64,000 bases of DNA from assembly GCA_044372835.1 (NCBI GenBank), contig JBILRE010000010.1:7039-71038 (forward strand). Direction: 5' to 3'. Origin of the DNA: Crocinitomicaceae bacterium. GTDB lineage: Bacteria > Bacteroidota > Bacteroidia > Flavobacteriales_D > Crocinitomicaceae. Made by a program: the position numbers and the translations under genes. Positions within the stretch are counted from its first letter, which is position 1; every line of letters starts with the position of its first letter. Below the pieces are notes generated by a model. That model ran no database searches and had not been told where the DNA came from. It worked only from the letters and a program-made list of their open reading frames with translations. Shown here piece by piece: positions 55,510 through 64,000 of this stretch.

Positions 55510-58500
55510 ATGAAAAAAGCAATACGTTTCCTTTCGTTAATCACCTTTTTATGTTTATATGCATGGTCATTCGGTCAAGGAGGCAAGATACAAGGAACAC
55601 TGTCTGACTCAACAGGCAAACCTTTGTACGGAGCCAAAGTAGTTCTTGAAGGACAAAACCGTGGTGCTCAAACAGATGAATCAGGAAAGTATGTTATCGA
55701 TCTTCTGGAGGCTGGAGATTTTACAGTTATTTTCAGGGCAACAGGATTCCAGGAAACAAAACGTACCATTACCGTCGGACCGGGAGAGACCGTTACCGCG
55801 GATGCTTCTCTGAAATCATTGGAAATCGAATTAGACGAAGTAGTGGTTATTGGTTACGGAACAACACGCACCTCAGATTTAACCGGAGCAGCAACCGTTT
55901 TGAATGAGAAAAATTTCAATCAAGGATCAGTTTCCACTCCAGAACAATTAATTATGGGAAAAACCGCTGGTGTGCGCATAAATACCAACGACGGTGCCCC
56001 AGGTTCAGGATCTACTATTCGTCTTCGCGGTGGGACCTCCATTAACGCAAGTAACGACCCTTTAATTGTTATTGACGGTGTTCCTTTGGACAATGGAGGA
56101 ATCGCAGGAGCAGCAAATCCTTTGTCGCTTATCAATCCCAACGATATTGCTTCCTTTGTCATCCTTAAAGATGCGTCTGCAACGGCGATTTATGGGTCGC
56201 GGGGAGCCAACGGTGTTATTTTGATTACAACCAAAAAAGGAAACGGTCTTAATCCTGAAAAGTTAAATGTGGTGTTGGATAGCAAACATTCGCTTTCCAC
56301 TATCGCGAAATATGCGGACGTCTTAAACGGTGATCAGTTTCGAAAACTAGTAGAGGCCAACGGAACTCCGGACCAAATAGCCATAATGGGTGATGCTAAC
56401 ACAGATTGGCAACGTCAAGTGTTTAGACAGGCGTATACAACCGATAACAATGTATCGTTAACGGGAGGAATCAAGTTTTTACCTTATCGTCTTTCCTTTG
56501 GAAACCGCCTAGAAAATGGCCTGCTTAGAAGAGACCAATTCAATCGAACTTCGGTTTCCTTAAACTTAACGCCTACTTTTTTGAACAAATCCTTGCAGTT
56601 CGAAGTCAATCAGCGCTTTGTGCAAACAAACCAAACGTTTGCCAACAGAGGTGCATTGGGTGCCGCCTTTTTCGACCCTACCCAACCCGTATACTCAGAC
56701 ACAACACTTTTTAACGGCTATTATGAATGGATAGATACGACCACGTTTCTTCCAGAAAACCTTGCACCCAAAAATCCCCTTGGTTTGTTGAACCAACGTG
56801 TAGATACCAGCAATGTTTGGCGTTACATCGGTAATGCGAAAATTACGTACAAGATGCCTTTCTTACCTCAACTGAAGGCAGTGGTTAATGGAGGTATTGA
56901 TTTATCTAATGGAAGTGGCGCATATTCCGAATCAAAGAATTCTGCAGGTGGATTTTACACGCAAGGAAGTTACGGCAGGTACTCCCAAAGAAAAGGTAAC
57001 AAGTTACTGGAGGCCTACCTTAATTTTAATAATGGCGACAAAGAAAGTAAGCACCTTATTGACCTCACTGCAGGATATTCTTGGCAAGATTGGTTCACAG
57101 ATCGCCCAACGGATACGTTACCAACATGGAACGAGGCACAAGATTCTATCATTCAGGCACCTAGCTCCATTTATCCTTTCTACACAGACAACGCTTTGTT
57201 ATCTTTCTACGGACGTGGTATCTATACTTATGACAACCGTTTTGTATTGAATGCTACGCTTCGTCGTGACGGTTCTTCGCGCTTTAGTCCAGAAACGCGA
57301 TGGGGTTTGTTCCCTTCTGTTTCCGGTGCATGGTTGATATCTAACGAATCGTTCATGAAACCTGTTACCTTTGTTAATATGCTCAAGCTTCGGGCAGGCT
57401 ATGGAGTGACTGGGCAGCAAGATGGGATTGGCGACTATTCTTACATTTCCAACTATTACATTGGTTCCACCACAGCGCAATATGCTTTTGGCGGGCAGTT
57501 TTATTCTGTAATGCGTCCGGATGGGTTTGATGCCAATTTGAAATGGGAAACCACTGCGAGTTACAACGTTGGATTGGACATTGGATTATTGAAGGACAGG
57601 TTTACAGCATCAGTGGATATTTACCGTAAAGAAACGAGTGATTTATTGGCTAACGTTCCTGTTCCTGCTGGTACCAACTTCACCAACCAAATTCTCACCA
57701 ACGTGGGAAGCATGCGCAACGAAGGAATTGAAATTACCACAAGTTTTGGCATTTTAGCTAAAAAGGACATGCGATTGGATGTCATGGCGAACGCCACTTA
57801 TAATCGAAATACGGTGTTGAAATTATCCCAGATTGTGGATTCAACCTCAGTCGGAATTCAAGTAGGTGGAATCGCAGGTGGTCTAAGCAATACCATTCAA
57901 GTTCATCAAATCGGAAACCCGACGTTTTCCTATTTCGTTTACGAACAGCAGTATGATGCCAATGGTGACGCGATTGAATCGGGAAGTTTGATTGATCCGA
58001 ATGATCCTTCTCAAGGAACCTACACAGATACCGACGCATTTGTCGATCGAAACGGTGATGGCGTCATCAATATTGACGATCGCTACATTTTTGAAAAGGC
58101 TGCACCTGACTGGTTCCTTGGATTATCATTGAATTTCCAGTACAAAAAATGGTCATTAGGTATGTCAATGAGAAGTGAATTGGGAGGTTACATTTATAAC
58201 AACCTGCACTCCAACAATGCAACACTTCAAGCTGTGAATGGAACGCAAGGATTTTTGAATAATATTTCCAGTTTGTATTATGAGGAGGAGTTCCAATACA
58301 CTACTGAGCGTCAGTTATTGAGCGATCATTACATGGAGCGTGCTGACTTCCTTAGGATGGATTACGTGAGTTTGGCCTACCGATTTGGTAAATTGAAATT
58401 CACCAAGGAGAAGATTGGAGCGAATGTGGCATTTGTTGTTTCGAATGTCTTTGTATTGACGAAATATTCTGGCCAGGATCCCGAAATCAGTGGCGGAATA

Positions 58501-58560
58501 GATAACAATTTTTATCCGAGACCGCGTGTGTTCTCATTGAATTTAACGTTTGATTTTTAA
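55510..58560 (+). CDS. susC: SusC/RagA-family TonB-linked outer-membrane transporter
   Basis: The N-terminus has a carboxypeptidase-regulatory-like domain (GKIQGTLSDSTGKPLYGAKVVLEG). The plug region is VVVIGYGTTRTSDLTGA. The C-terminus ends in a terminal Phe (NLTFDF). It lies directly upstream of a SusD-family gene. Confidence 0.93.
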   Translation: MKKAIRFLSLITFLCLYAWSFGQGGKIQGTLSDSTGKPLYGAKVVLEGQNRGAQTDESGKYVIDLLEAGDFTVIFRATGFQETKRTITVGPGETVTADASLKSLEIELDEVVVIGYGTTRTSDLTGAATVLNEKNFNQGSVSTPEQLIMGKTAGVRINTNDGAPGSGSTIRLRGGTSINASNDPLIVIDGVPLDNGGIAGAANPLSLINPNDIASFVILKDASATAIYGSRGANGVILITTKKGNGLNPEKLNVVLDSKHSLSTIAKYADVLNGDQFRKLVEANGTPDQIAIMGDANTDWQRQVFRQAYTTDNNVSLTGGIKFLPYRLSFGNRLENGLLRRDQFNRTSVSLNLTPTFLNKSLQFEVNQRFVQTNQTFANRGALGAAFFDPTQPVYSDTTLFNGYYEWIDTTTFLPENLAPKNPLGLLNQRVDTSNVWRYIGNAKITYKMPFLPQLKAVVNGGIDLSNGSGAYSESKNSAGGFYTQGSYGRYSQRKGNKLLEAYLNFNNGDKESKHLIDLTAGYSWQDWFTDRPTDTLPTWNEAQDSIIQAPSSIYPFYTDNALLSFYGRGIYTYDNRFVLNATLRRDGSSRFSPETRWGLFPSVSGAWLISNESFMKPVTFVNMLKLRAGYGVTGQQDGIGDYSYISNYYIGSTTAQYAFGGQFYSVMRPDGFDANLKWETTASYNVGLDIGLLKDRFTASVDIYRKETSDLLANVPVPAGTNFTNQILTNVGSMRNEGIEITTSFGILAKKDMRLDVMANATYNRNTVLKLSQIVDSTSVGIQVGGIAGGLSNTIQVHQIGNPTFSYFVYEQQYDANGDAIESGSLIDPNDPSQGTYTDTDAFVDRNGDGVINIDDRYIFEKAAPDWFLGLSLNFQYKKWSLGMSMRSELGGYIYNNLHSNNATLQAVNGTQGFLNNISSLYYEEEFQYTTERQLLSDHYMERADFLRMDYVSLAYRFGKLKFTKEKIGANVAFVVSNVFVLTKYSGQDPEISGGIDNNFYPRPRVFSLNLTFDF

Positions 58561-58570
58561 CTAAGGAGCT

Positions 58571-60151
58571 ATGAAACAGGTATCACAATTTCTTTTGCTT
58601 GCTATATGCGTGGTTGTGCTTTTCGGCACCAATTCGTGCAAGAAACAATTGAACAAAACCCCAAAGTACGGGTTGAATTCCGAGGTGGTGTACAGCGATC
58701 CGGATAATTACATCAATGTATTGGCCAAACTTTATTCAGGCTTGTCTATGACGGGATTGCAAGGTCCTGCTGGAAAGGGAGATATTGCGGGCATCGACGA
58801 GGGCTTCTCGGCCTATGTGCGGGTGCTATTCAACCTACAAGAATTACCTACCGATGAAGCTGTTTGTGGTTGGAACGACCCCGGAATTCCTGAATTAAAC
58901 AAAATGACTTGGTCGCCAGAAACATCTTTCATCAAGGGGATGTACTACCGAATTTATTATCAGATTACGCTTTGCAACGAATTCATCCGTGAATCAAGTG
59001 ATGAAAAAATGACAGAGCGAGGTTTTGATGCAGGAACTCAAGAACGCATAAGGTTGTATCGCAATGAAGCTAGATTCCTTCGCGCGTTGAGCTATTACCA
59101 TGCCTTAGATTTATTCGGGAATGTTCCTTTCGTCACCGAGAATGACAAAGTAGGTGCTTATCAGCCAAACCGTATTTCCAGAAACGATTTGTTCGCCTAT
59201 ATCGAAACAGAATTGAAAGACATCGAGGACAAATTAATGGCTCCAGGAAATATTGAATACGGTCATGCCAGCTCAGCCGCAGCCAAATTCCTACTTGCTA
59301 AAATGTACTTGAATGCAGAAGTATATACGGGTACAAGCCGCTATGCAGAATGCGCTAACTATTGTCAGGAAATTATTAACTCCAATGCATTTCAACTGGA
59401 CGATGACTACACCGATTTGTTCCGTGCGGACAACAATACCTCTCCGGAAATTATTTTCCCGGTCGTTTATGACGGGTTGTACGCTCAAACTTGGGGAGGC
59501 ACCACCTTTATGGTATGTGCTTCCATTGGAGGATCGATGGTCGCAGCAGATTACGGTGTAAATGGAAAATGGGGAGGCCTGCGCACTACAGCACCTTTTG
59601 TGGACAAATTTCCTGATTCGATGCTTGATAATCGCTGGCAATTTTACAGAACAGGGCAAAGTAAAGAAATTACCAACCTAGGATCATTCACCCAAGGATA
59701 TGCCTTGCCAAAATATCAGAATAGAACTTCTACTGGTGATTTAGCCTCAAATAATGGAACAAGTGCTTTTGTGGACATAGATTTCCCTATGTTCCGATTG
59801 GCAGATGTATTTCTTATGTACGCGGAGTCGTCCCTAAGAAATGGAGATGCGGGAACAGCGCTTAACTATGTGAATTCCCTAAGAGAAAGAGCTTACGGTG
59901 GTTCAACACATAATTTAGGTAGCGTTACCCTTGCCGATATCCTTGATGAACGTGCAAGAGAGCTTCATTGGGAATGTACCCGCCGAACAGACTTAATACG
60001 TTTTGGCTTGTTCACCGGTGGAGATTACATCTGGCCATTCAAGGGTGGAACAGTAGCCGGAGGAAGTGTGTCCGACCATTTGAACCTCTACCCTCTTCCA
60101 ACAGCTGACTTGAATTTAAATCCCAACCTAATTCAAAATCCGGGATACTAA
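58571..60151 (+). CDS. susD: SusD/RagB-family nutrient-binding outer-membrane lipoprotein
   Basis: The lipobox is LFGTNSC. A TPR-like SusD pattern is present (FLRALSYYHALDLFGNVPF, FLLAKMYLNAEVY, RARELHWE..RRTDLIRFG). It is paired with susC across a 10-nt gap. Confidence 0.9.
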   Translation: MKQVSQFLLLAICVVVLFGTNSCKKQLNKTPKYGLNSEVVYSDPDNYINVLAKLYSGLSMTGLQGPAGKGDIAGIDEGFSAYVRVLFNLQELPTDEAVCGWNDPGIPELNKMTWSPETSFIKGMYYRIYYQITLCNEFIRESSDEKMTERGFDAGTQERIRLYRNEARFLRALSYYHALDLFGNVPFVTENDKVGAYQPNRISRNDLFAYIETELKDIEDKLMAPGNIEYGHASSAAAKFLLAKMYLNAEVYTGTSRYAECANYCQEIINSNAFQLDDDYTDLFRADNNTSPEIIFPVVYDGLYAQTWGGTTFMVCASIGGSMVAADYGVNGKWGGLRTTAPFVDKFPDSMLDNRWQFYRTGQSKEITNLGSFTQGYALPKYQNRTSTGDLASNNGTSAFVDIDFPMFRLADVFLMYAESSLRNGDAGTALNYVNSLRERAYGGSTHNLGSVTLADILDERARELHWECTRRTDLIRFGLFTGGDYIWPFKGGTVAGGSVSDHLNLYPLPTADLNLNPNLIQNPGY

Positions 60152-60168
60152 CTAATAAAACCCTAATG

Positions 60169-60195
60169 AAAGCTGCTGAAAAGCAGCTTTTTTTA
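60169..60195. terminator. Bidirectional intrinsic terminator shared by susD (+) and eda (-)
   Basis: The hairpin is AAAGCTGCT-GAAA-AGCAGCTTT, flanked by A-run/T-run. The eda stop codon (60193-60195) lies inside the T-tract. Confidence 0.7.
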
Positions 60196-60759
60196 TGGCA
60201 TCATCCAAGAGCCACCAACACAGATTACATTGGAAATTGCAAGGAATTCTTGGTGGGTTTCTTCGTTTATACCTCCGGTTGGGCAAAAACGAACCTCTGG
60301 AAAAACTTGTCCATACGTTTTCAACGCCTTCAATCCACCAAAAACATGGGCCGGAAAGAACTTGAACGTATCCCATCCAAGTGCGATTCCTTCCATGATT
60401 TCTGAAGGGGTAGTTACCCCAGGAATAAAAGGCGTTTCACAAGAAGTAAATGCTTCGATGAGTGGCTTATTTAAACCTGGTGAAACCATAAAATCTACAC
60501 CGAGTTCAACCGCCATTGCCACTTGTTCTGCCTGAACCAAGGTTCCCACACCGACCGTAAACGCATCACCGTATTTTTCCTTGATAGCTTGTATGGCATC
60601 CCATGCAACCGCTGTGCGCAAGGTAACCTCAATGCAATGAATGCCTTGATCGACTAACTGTTGAACCGTAGCATCAATGGATGCTGTGGAATGAATCGTC
60701 GCAACCGGAATCAGCGGATGATTGGCAAGGATATTACGTATACCGTTTTGAGTTTCCAT
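60193..60759 (-). CDS. eda: 2-dehydro-3-deoxyphosphogluconate (KDPG) aldolase, apparently lacking the C-terminal helix
   Basis: Motifs seen: IEVTLRT (Glu), FKFFPA (Schiff-base Lys), RFCPTGGI, CVGGSW. The ORF stops at ..GGSWMMP*, about 24 aa earlier than E. coli Eda as I recall that alignment. Confidence 0.85.
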   Translation of the reverse strand: METQNGIRNILANHPLIPVATIHSTASIDATVQQLVDQGIHCIEVTLRTAVAWDAIQAIKEKYGDAFTVGVGTLVQAEQVAMAVELGVDFMVSPGLNKPLIEAFTSCETPFIPGVTTPSEIMEGIALGWDTFKFFPAHVFGGLKALKTYGQVFPEVRFCPTGGINEETHQEFLAISNVICVGGSWMMP

Positions 60760-60762
60760 ACA

Positions 60763-62562
60763 CTATAAAATAAAACTTGCACCTTCCTCACTGGAGGAAA
60801 CCAAAGCGCGCATATTGGCGAACATTTCTCTTCCGAGTCCAAAAGAACCATTTCGTTCTTTCTGGCGAGGTGACCGCTGTTCAAAATCAGCGGAGAGACA
60901 AGTCAGGGTACCCGTCCTAGCATCAAAACGAATGGCATCACCGGTTTGAATCCGCGCAATTGGACCATTATCTCTTGCCTCAGGTACCACATGAATGGCG
61001 GCAGGAACTTTACCTGATGCACCTGACATTCGGCCGTCCGTTACCAGCGCAACCTTAAAACCTCTTTTTTGAAGTATCGTCAACGTTGGCGTCAACTGAT
61101 GTAACTCGGGCATGCCGTTTTGCTTAGGTCCTTGAAAAGGAAGAACAGCGATAAAATCACGGTCAAGTTCACCTCTCTTAAATGCATCGATTAGGTCTTG
61201 TTGTTCGTCAAAAACTATCGCAGGTGCTTCAATAGTAAAATGTTCTTCTGCCACGGCTGACGTTTTAACTACCGCTCTTCCAATGTTTCCTTTCATGATT
61301 CGAATTCCACCTTCTGGCGAGAAAGGATTGTTGGAAGACCGCAAAATAGCAGGATTTAAGCTTTGTATTTCACCAGACACAAATTGAATGGCATCATCCA
61401 CTATTTTAGGTTCCTTTGTGAATTCGGAAAGGCCAAAACCGAGGATGGTATAAACATCCTGATGAAGGAGGCCATTTTCCAACAAATCACGCATGATGAA
61501 TCCAACACCACCGGCAGCATGAAAATGATTCACATCCGCAGCACCGTTAGGATATACTTTTGCCATCAAGGGTACGACAGAAGACAAGTCAGAAAAATCA
61601 TCCCAGTCGATTAATATACCTGCAGCCCGAGCCATAGCAATCAAATGAATGGTCAAGTTCGTTGATCCACCCGTGGCAAGCAAGCCAATCATTCCATTAA
61701 CAACGGTTTTCTCACTAAAAACAGAGGCCATCGTCAATGAAAAGTCCTTCTTTTCAATTAAGTTTAATACGGTTTTAACTGCTTCTTCGTTCAACTTTTC
61801 ACGCATAGGTGTACCAGGATTCACAAAACTCGAACCTGGCAATTGAAGCCCCATGATTTCCATGAGCATTTGATTCGAATTGGCCGTTCCATAAAAAGTA
61901 CATGTTCCTGGTGAATGGTAGGAATCGGATTCTCCTTTTAACAAGGTTGCCCGATCAATTTTTCCCTCTGCGAAGGCTTGCCTTATTTTGGCTTTCTCTT
62001 CGTTGCTTATTCCTGAGGGCATAGGTCCACCCGGAACAAAAACCGTCGGCAAATACCCAAACCGTAAAGCTCCCATGACCATTCCAGGGACAATTTTATC
62101 GCAGATCCCTAAATTCAATGAGCCATCAAACATGTCATGTGAGAGAGCAATACCGGTGGATAGTGCGATGACATCCCTACTAAAAAGCGACAATTCCATG
62201 CCATCCTTACCTTGAGTAATGCCATCACACATTGCCGGAACGCCACCTGCAACTTGCGCTACAGCTCCATTCTCGTTGGCGTATGCCCTTAATTTTTTGG
62301 GGTAATCTTCATAAGGTTTGTGTGCAGAAAGCATATCGTTATATGCCGTTACAATAGCCAAATTCGGCTGAACATCTTCTGCAAGAACAGATTTATCGTG
62401 GCTTTCGCAGCCAGCAAATCCATGGGCTAGGTTTCCACAGGACAATTTATTTCTTCTTGGAATCGATTGAAATTGTTCTAGCATCAATTGAAGATAAGCA
62501 TCTCTACTTTCTTTGCTTCGCTCAATTATACGGTCCGTTACTTTCTTAACAGTTACATTCAT
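60763..62562 (-). CDS. edd: Phosphogluconate dehydratase
   Basis: The sequence is collinear with E. coli Edd over its length: VTDRIIERSKESR, LSCGNLAHGFA, VAGGVPAMCDGITQGKDGMELSL, ICDKIVPG. It belongs to the IlvD/Edd family. Confidence 0.92.
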   Translation of the reverse strand: MNVTVKKVTDRIIERSKESRDAYLQLMLEQFQSIPRRNKLSCGNLAHGFAGCESHDKSVLAEDVQPNLAIVTAYNDMLSAHKPYEDYPKKLRAYANENGAVAQVAGGVPAMCDGITQGKDGMELSLFSRDVIALSTGIALSHDMFDGSLNLGICDKIVPGMVMGALRFGYLPTVFVPGGPMPSGISNEEKAKIRQAFAEGKIDRATLLKGESDSYHSPGTCTFYGTANSNQMLMEIMGLQLPGSSFVNPGTPMREKLNEEAVKTVLNLIEKKDFSLTMASVFSEKTVVNGMIGLLATGGSTNLTIHLIAMARAAGILIDWDDFSDLSSVVPLMAKVYPNGAADVNHFHAAGGVGFIMRDLLENGLLHQDVYTILGFGLSEFTKEPKIVDDAIQFVSGEIQSLNPAILRSSNNPFSPEGGIRIMKGNIGRAVVKTSAVAEEHFTIEAPAIVFDEQQDLIDAFKRGELDRDFIAVLPFQGPKQNGMPELHQLTPTLTILQKRGFKVALVTDGRMSGASGKVPAAIHVVPEARDNGPIARIQTGDAIRFDARTGTLTCLSADFEQRSPRQKERNGSFGLGREMFANMRALVSSSEEGASFIL

Positions 62563-62564
62563 AT

Positions 62565-63230
62565 TTATATGGTGTAAAATACTTCCACATTTTCTTTTTC
62601 ATTTGCGACTGATGCAATGGGGAAATGTTTTTCTTCGGCTTGATTTAGAACAACTTTTTTTTCCTCCCCAGTAATCAATAGGTATACATGGGCAGCATTA
62701 ACTAGCATTTGTTTGCTGCAGGTGATACGGTTTATTGGGTGATTGGGTGCATGGGTATTAAAAATACCAACTAGAGTTGAATGGAGCAGTTCTTCGGATG
62801 CTGGGTCTCCCGGAAATAGGGACGCGGTGTGCCCATCGTTGCCCATTCCGAGAACCACAATATCGGTTCGATCCATAAAGGGTTGGTAGGCATCCCTTAC
62901 CATAGCTAAATTGTCCGAACCGTTTTCCCACTTGGGTAACATGGAAACAATGCTGTTTGAATGCTCTAAGAAAACTTCTCTCAAGGAGGATTCATTGCTT
63001 TCAAAAGAATCTGGGTGAACAAGGCGTTCGTCCACCAAGCCAATATAGACCTTGCTCCAATCCAATTCGGCGACGCTCAATTTGTTGTAAAGTCCCCAAG
63101 GCGTTTTACCACCGGAGAGTAATATCCTGCAGTCACCGTATGTTTCGATTGCCTCCTTAATTTGACTAGTCAACTTGGCAGACAATTCAAATTCGAGGGT
63201 TGCTGGGTTATCAAATTCCTGTATCTTCAT
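62565..63230 (-). CDS. pgl: 6-phosphogluconolactonase
   Basis: Motifs seen: LLSGGKTP, GLVDER, GMGNDGHTASLFPG. It overlaps the zwf stop by 20 nt. Confidence 0.9.
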   Translation of the reverse strand: MKIQEFDNPATLEFELSAKLTSQIKEAIETYGDCRILLSGGKTPWGLYNKLSVAELDWSKVYIGLVDERLVHPDSFESNESSLREVFLEHSNSIVSMLPKWENGSDNLAMVRDAYQPFMDRTDIVVLGMGNDGHTASLFPGDPASEELLHSTLVGIFNTHAPNHPINRITCSKQMLVNAAHVYLLITGEEKKVVLNQAEEKHFPIASVANEKENVEVFYTI

Positions 63231-64000
63231 TTTTTCTCATCACCGTCCAGGTGTGGTTTTTGTCCATAATTTGTTGTCCAGGCCCCCAAGTACCAGCTTC
63301 ATAAAGTACGTTTCGATGTCCTGTTTTTTCCCACGCCTCCACAATGGATTCAATCCAAATCCATGCTGCCTCGAGCTCGTCTTGTCGCATGAACAAGGTT
63401 TGATCGCCACGGAGAACATCAATTATCAAACGTTCATAGGCATCCGGGAAGCGTTCCGTAAATGTATCAATGTAATCGAGTTTTAGGGATATGGGTCTGT
63501 ATCTGTACCCTCCGGGACCTGGTAATTTAGTCATTTGTACCAACTCAATCCGCTCTTCGGGTTGCAACCTCATAACGAGCTTATTCCCTGGAATATTCCC
63601 TTGCAAGGGAAACAAGTTGTGTTTGACCGTCTTAAAATTTATAACGATTTCAGAATAGCGTTTGGTCATTCGCTTTCCCGTTCTTAGGTAAAAAGGTGTT
63701 CCTTTCCAACGCCAATTGTCGATGTGCGCCTTAATGGCAACAAAAGTCTCGGTGTTGGAAGCATATTTGTCAATATCCTCTAGATATGAATTCAATTGTT
63801 TTCCATTGACCACTCCACGGGTGTATTGACCTTTGACTGTTTCGTCTTCTACGTTTTGTTCGTCGATGACTCTAAGAGAATTAAGGACTTTCAGTTTTTC
63901 ATTTCGGAGGAAATCAGCCTCAAGGCGTGCTGGTGGCTCCATTGCAATCAAACAAAGTAATTGCAACAAGTGATTCTGTACCATGTCCAAAAGTGCACCG
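63211..64000 (-). CDS. zwf: Glucose-6-phosphate dehydrogenase (C-terminal part; 5' end beyond the window)
   Basis: Motifs seen: VQNHLLQLLCLIAMEPP, PFYLRTGKR, ERLIIDVLRGDQTLF. The frame remains open to base 64000. Confidence 0.93.
   Translation of the reverse strand, partial: GALLDMVQNHLLQLLCLIAMEPPARLEADFLRNEKLKVLNSLRVIDEQNVEDETVKGQYTRGVVNGKQLNSYLEDIDKYASNTETFVAIKAHIDNWRWKGTPFYLRTGKRMTKRYSEIVINFKTVKHNLFPLQGNIPGNKLVMRLQPEERIELVQMTKLPGPGGYRYRPISLKLDYIDTFTERFPDAYERLIIDVLRGDQTLFMRQDELEAAWIWIESIVEAWEKTGHRNVLYEAGTWGPGQQIMDKNHTWTVMRKNEDTGI

Noticed and set aside
1-64000. I searched for CRISPR repeats, tRNA/rRNA genes, transposases, integrases, toxin-antitoxin pairs and known defence-system signatures.
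   Set aside because: I could not see any regularly spaced repeats, cloverleaf-like segments in the short intergenic regions, DDE or tyrosine-recombinase motifs, or nuclease/ATPase defence modules. A proper scan (tRNAscan-SE, Infernal/Rfam, DefenseFinder, ISfinder) would be needed to exclude them formally.

Overview
This is a 64-kb chromosomal segment, almost certainly from a member of the phylum Bacteroidota (Flavobacteriia/Cytophagia-like). The assignment rests on gliding/type IX secretion (T9SS) genes (gldJ, a porP/sprF-like gene, porU, porV), a SusC/SusD pair, many signal peptides ending in '..SC' lipoboxes, recurrent TAnnTTTG -7 promoter boxes close to start codons, and no obvious Shine-Dalgarno sequences. 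I support about 55 protein-coding genes at high coding density. I could not recognise any rRNA, tRNA, CRISPR array, transposase, integrase or canonical defence system.

Most of the window is housekeeping: murB, murF, glyA, purA, surE, lpxB, ispF, anmK, gmhA, methylmalonyl-CoA mutase and an acyl-CoA dehydrogenase. Four blocks stand out:
- 34.1-43.0 kb: murF<-gldJ<-porP/sprF-like, divergent from porU->porV. GldJ is unusually long, and an intrinsic terminator sits directly against the murF start codon.
- 43.5-49.7 kb: an accessory-looking envelope block. It holds a mini-lipoprotein, an orphan ECF sigma factor, an RsiV-like DUF3298 lipoprotein, and a 3-gene operon of beta-propeller / single-pass membrane protein / TIGR02594 cell-wall hydrolase.
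- 49.8-60.2 kb: an alpha-glucan PUL (GH13, GH31, SusC, SusD). Its first gene is a CotH-kinase-like protein carrying a T9SS C-terminal sorting domain.
- 60.2-64.0 kb: a convergent Entner-Doudoroff operon, zwf-pgl-edd-eda. Its eda appears to lack the C-terminal helix and runs straight into the terminator it shares with susD.

All functional calls come from motif recognition in the supplied translations. No database search was run.
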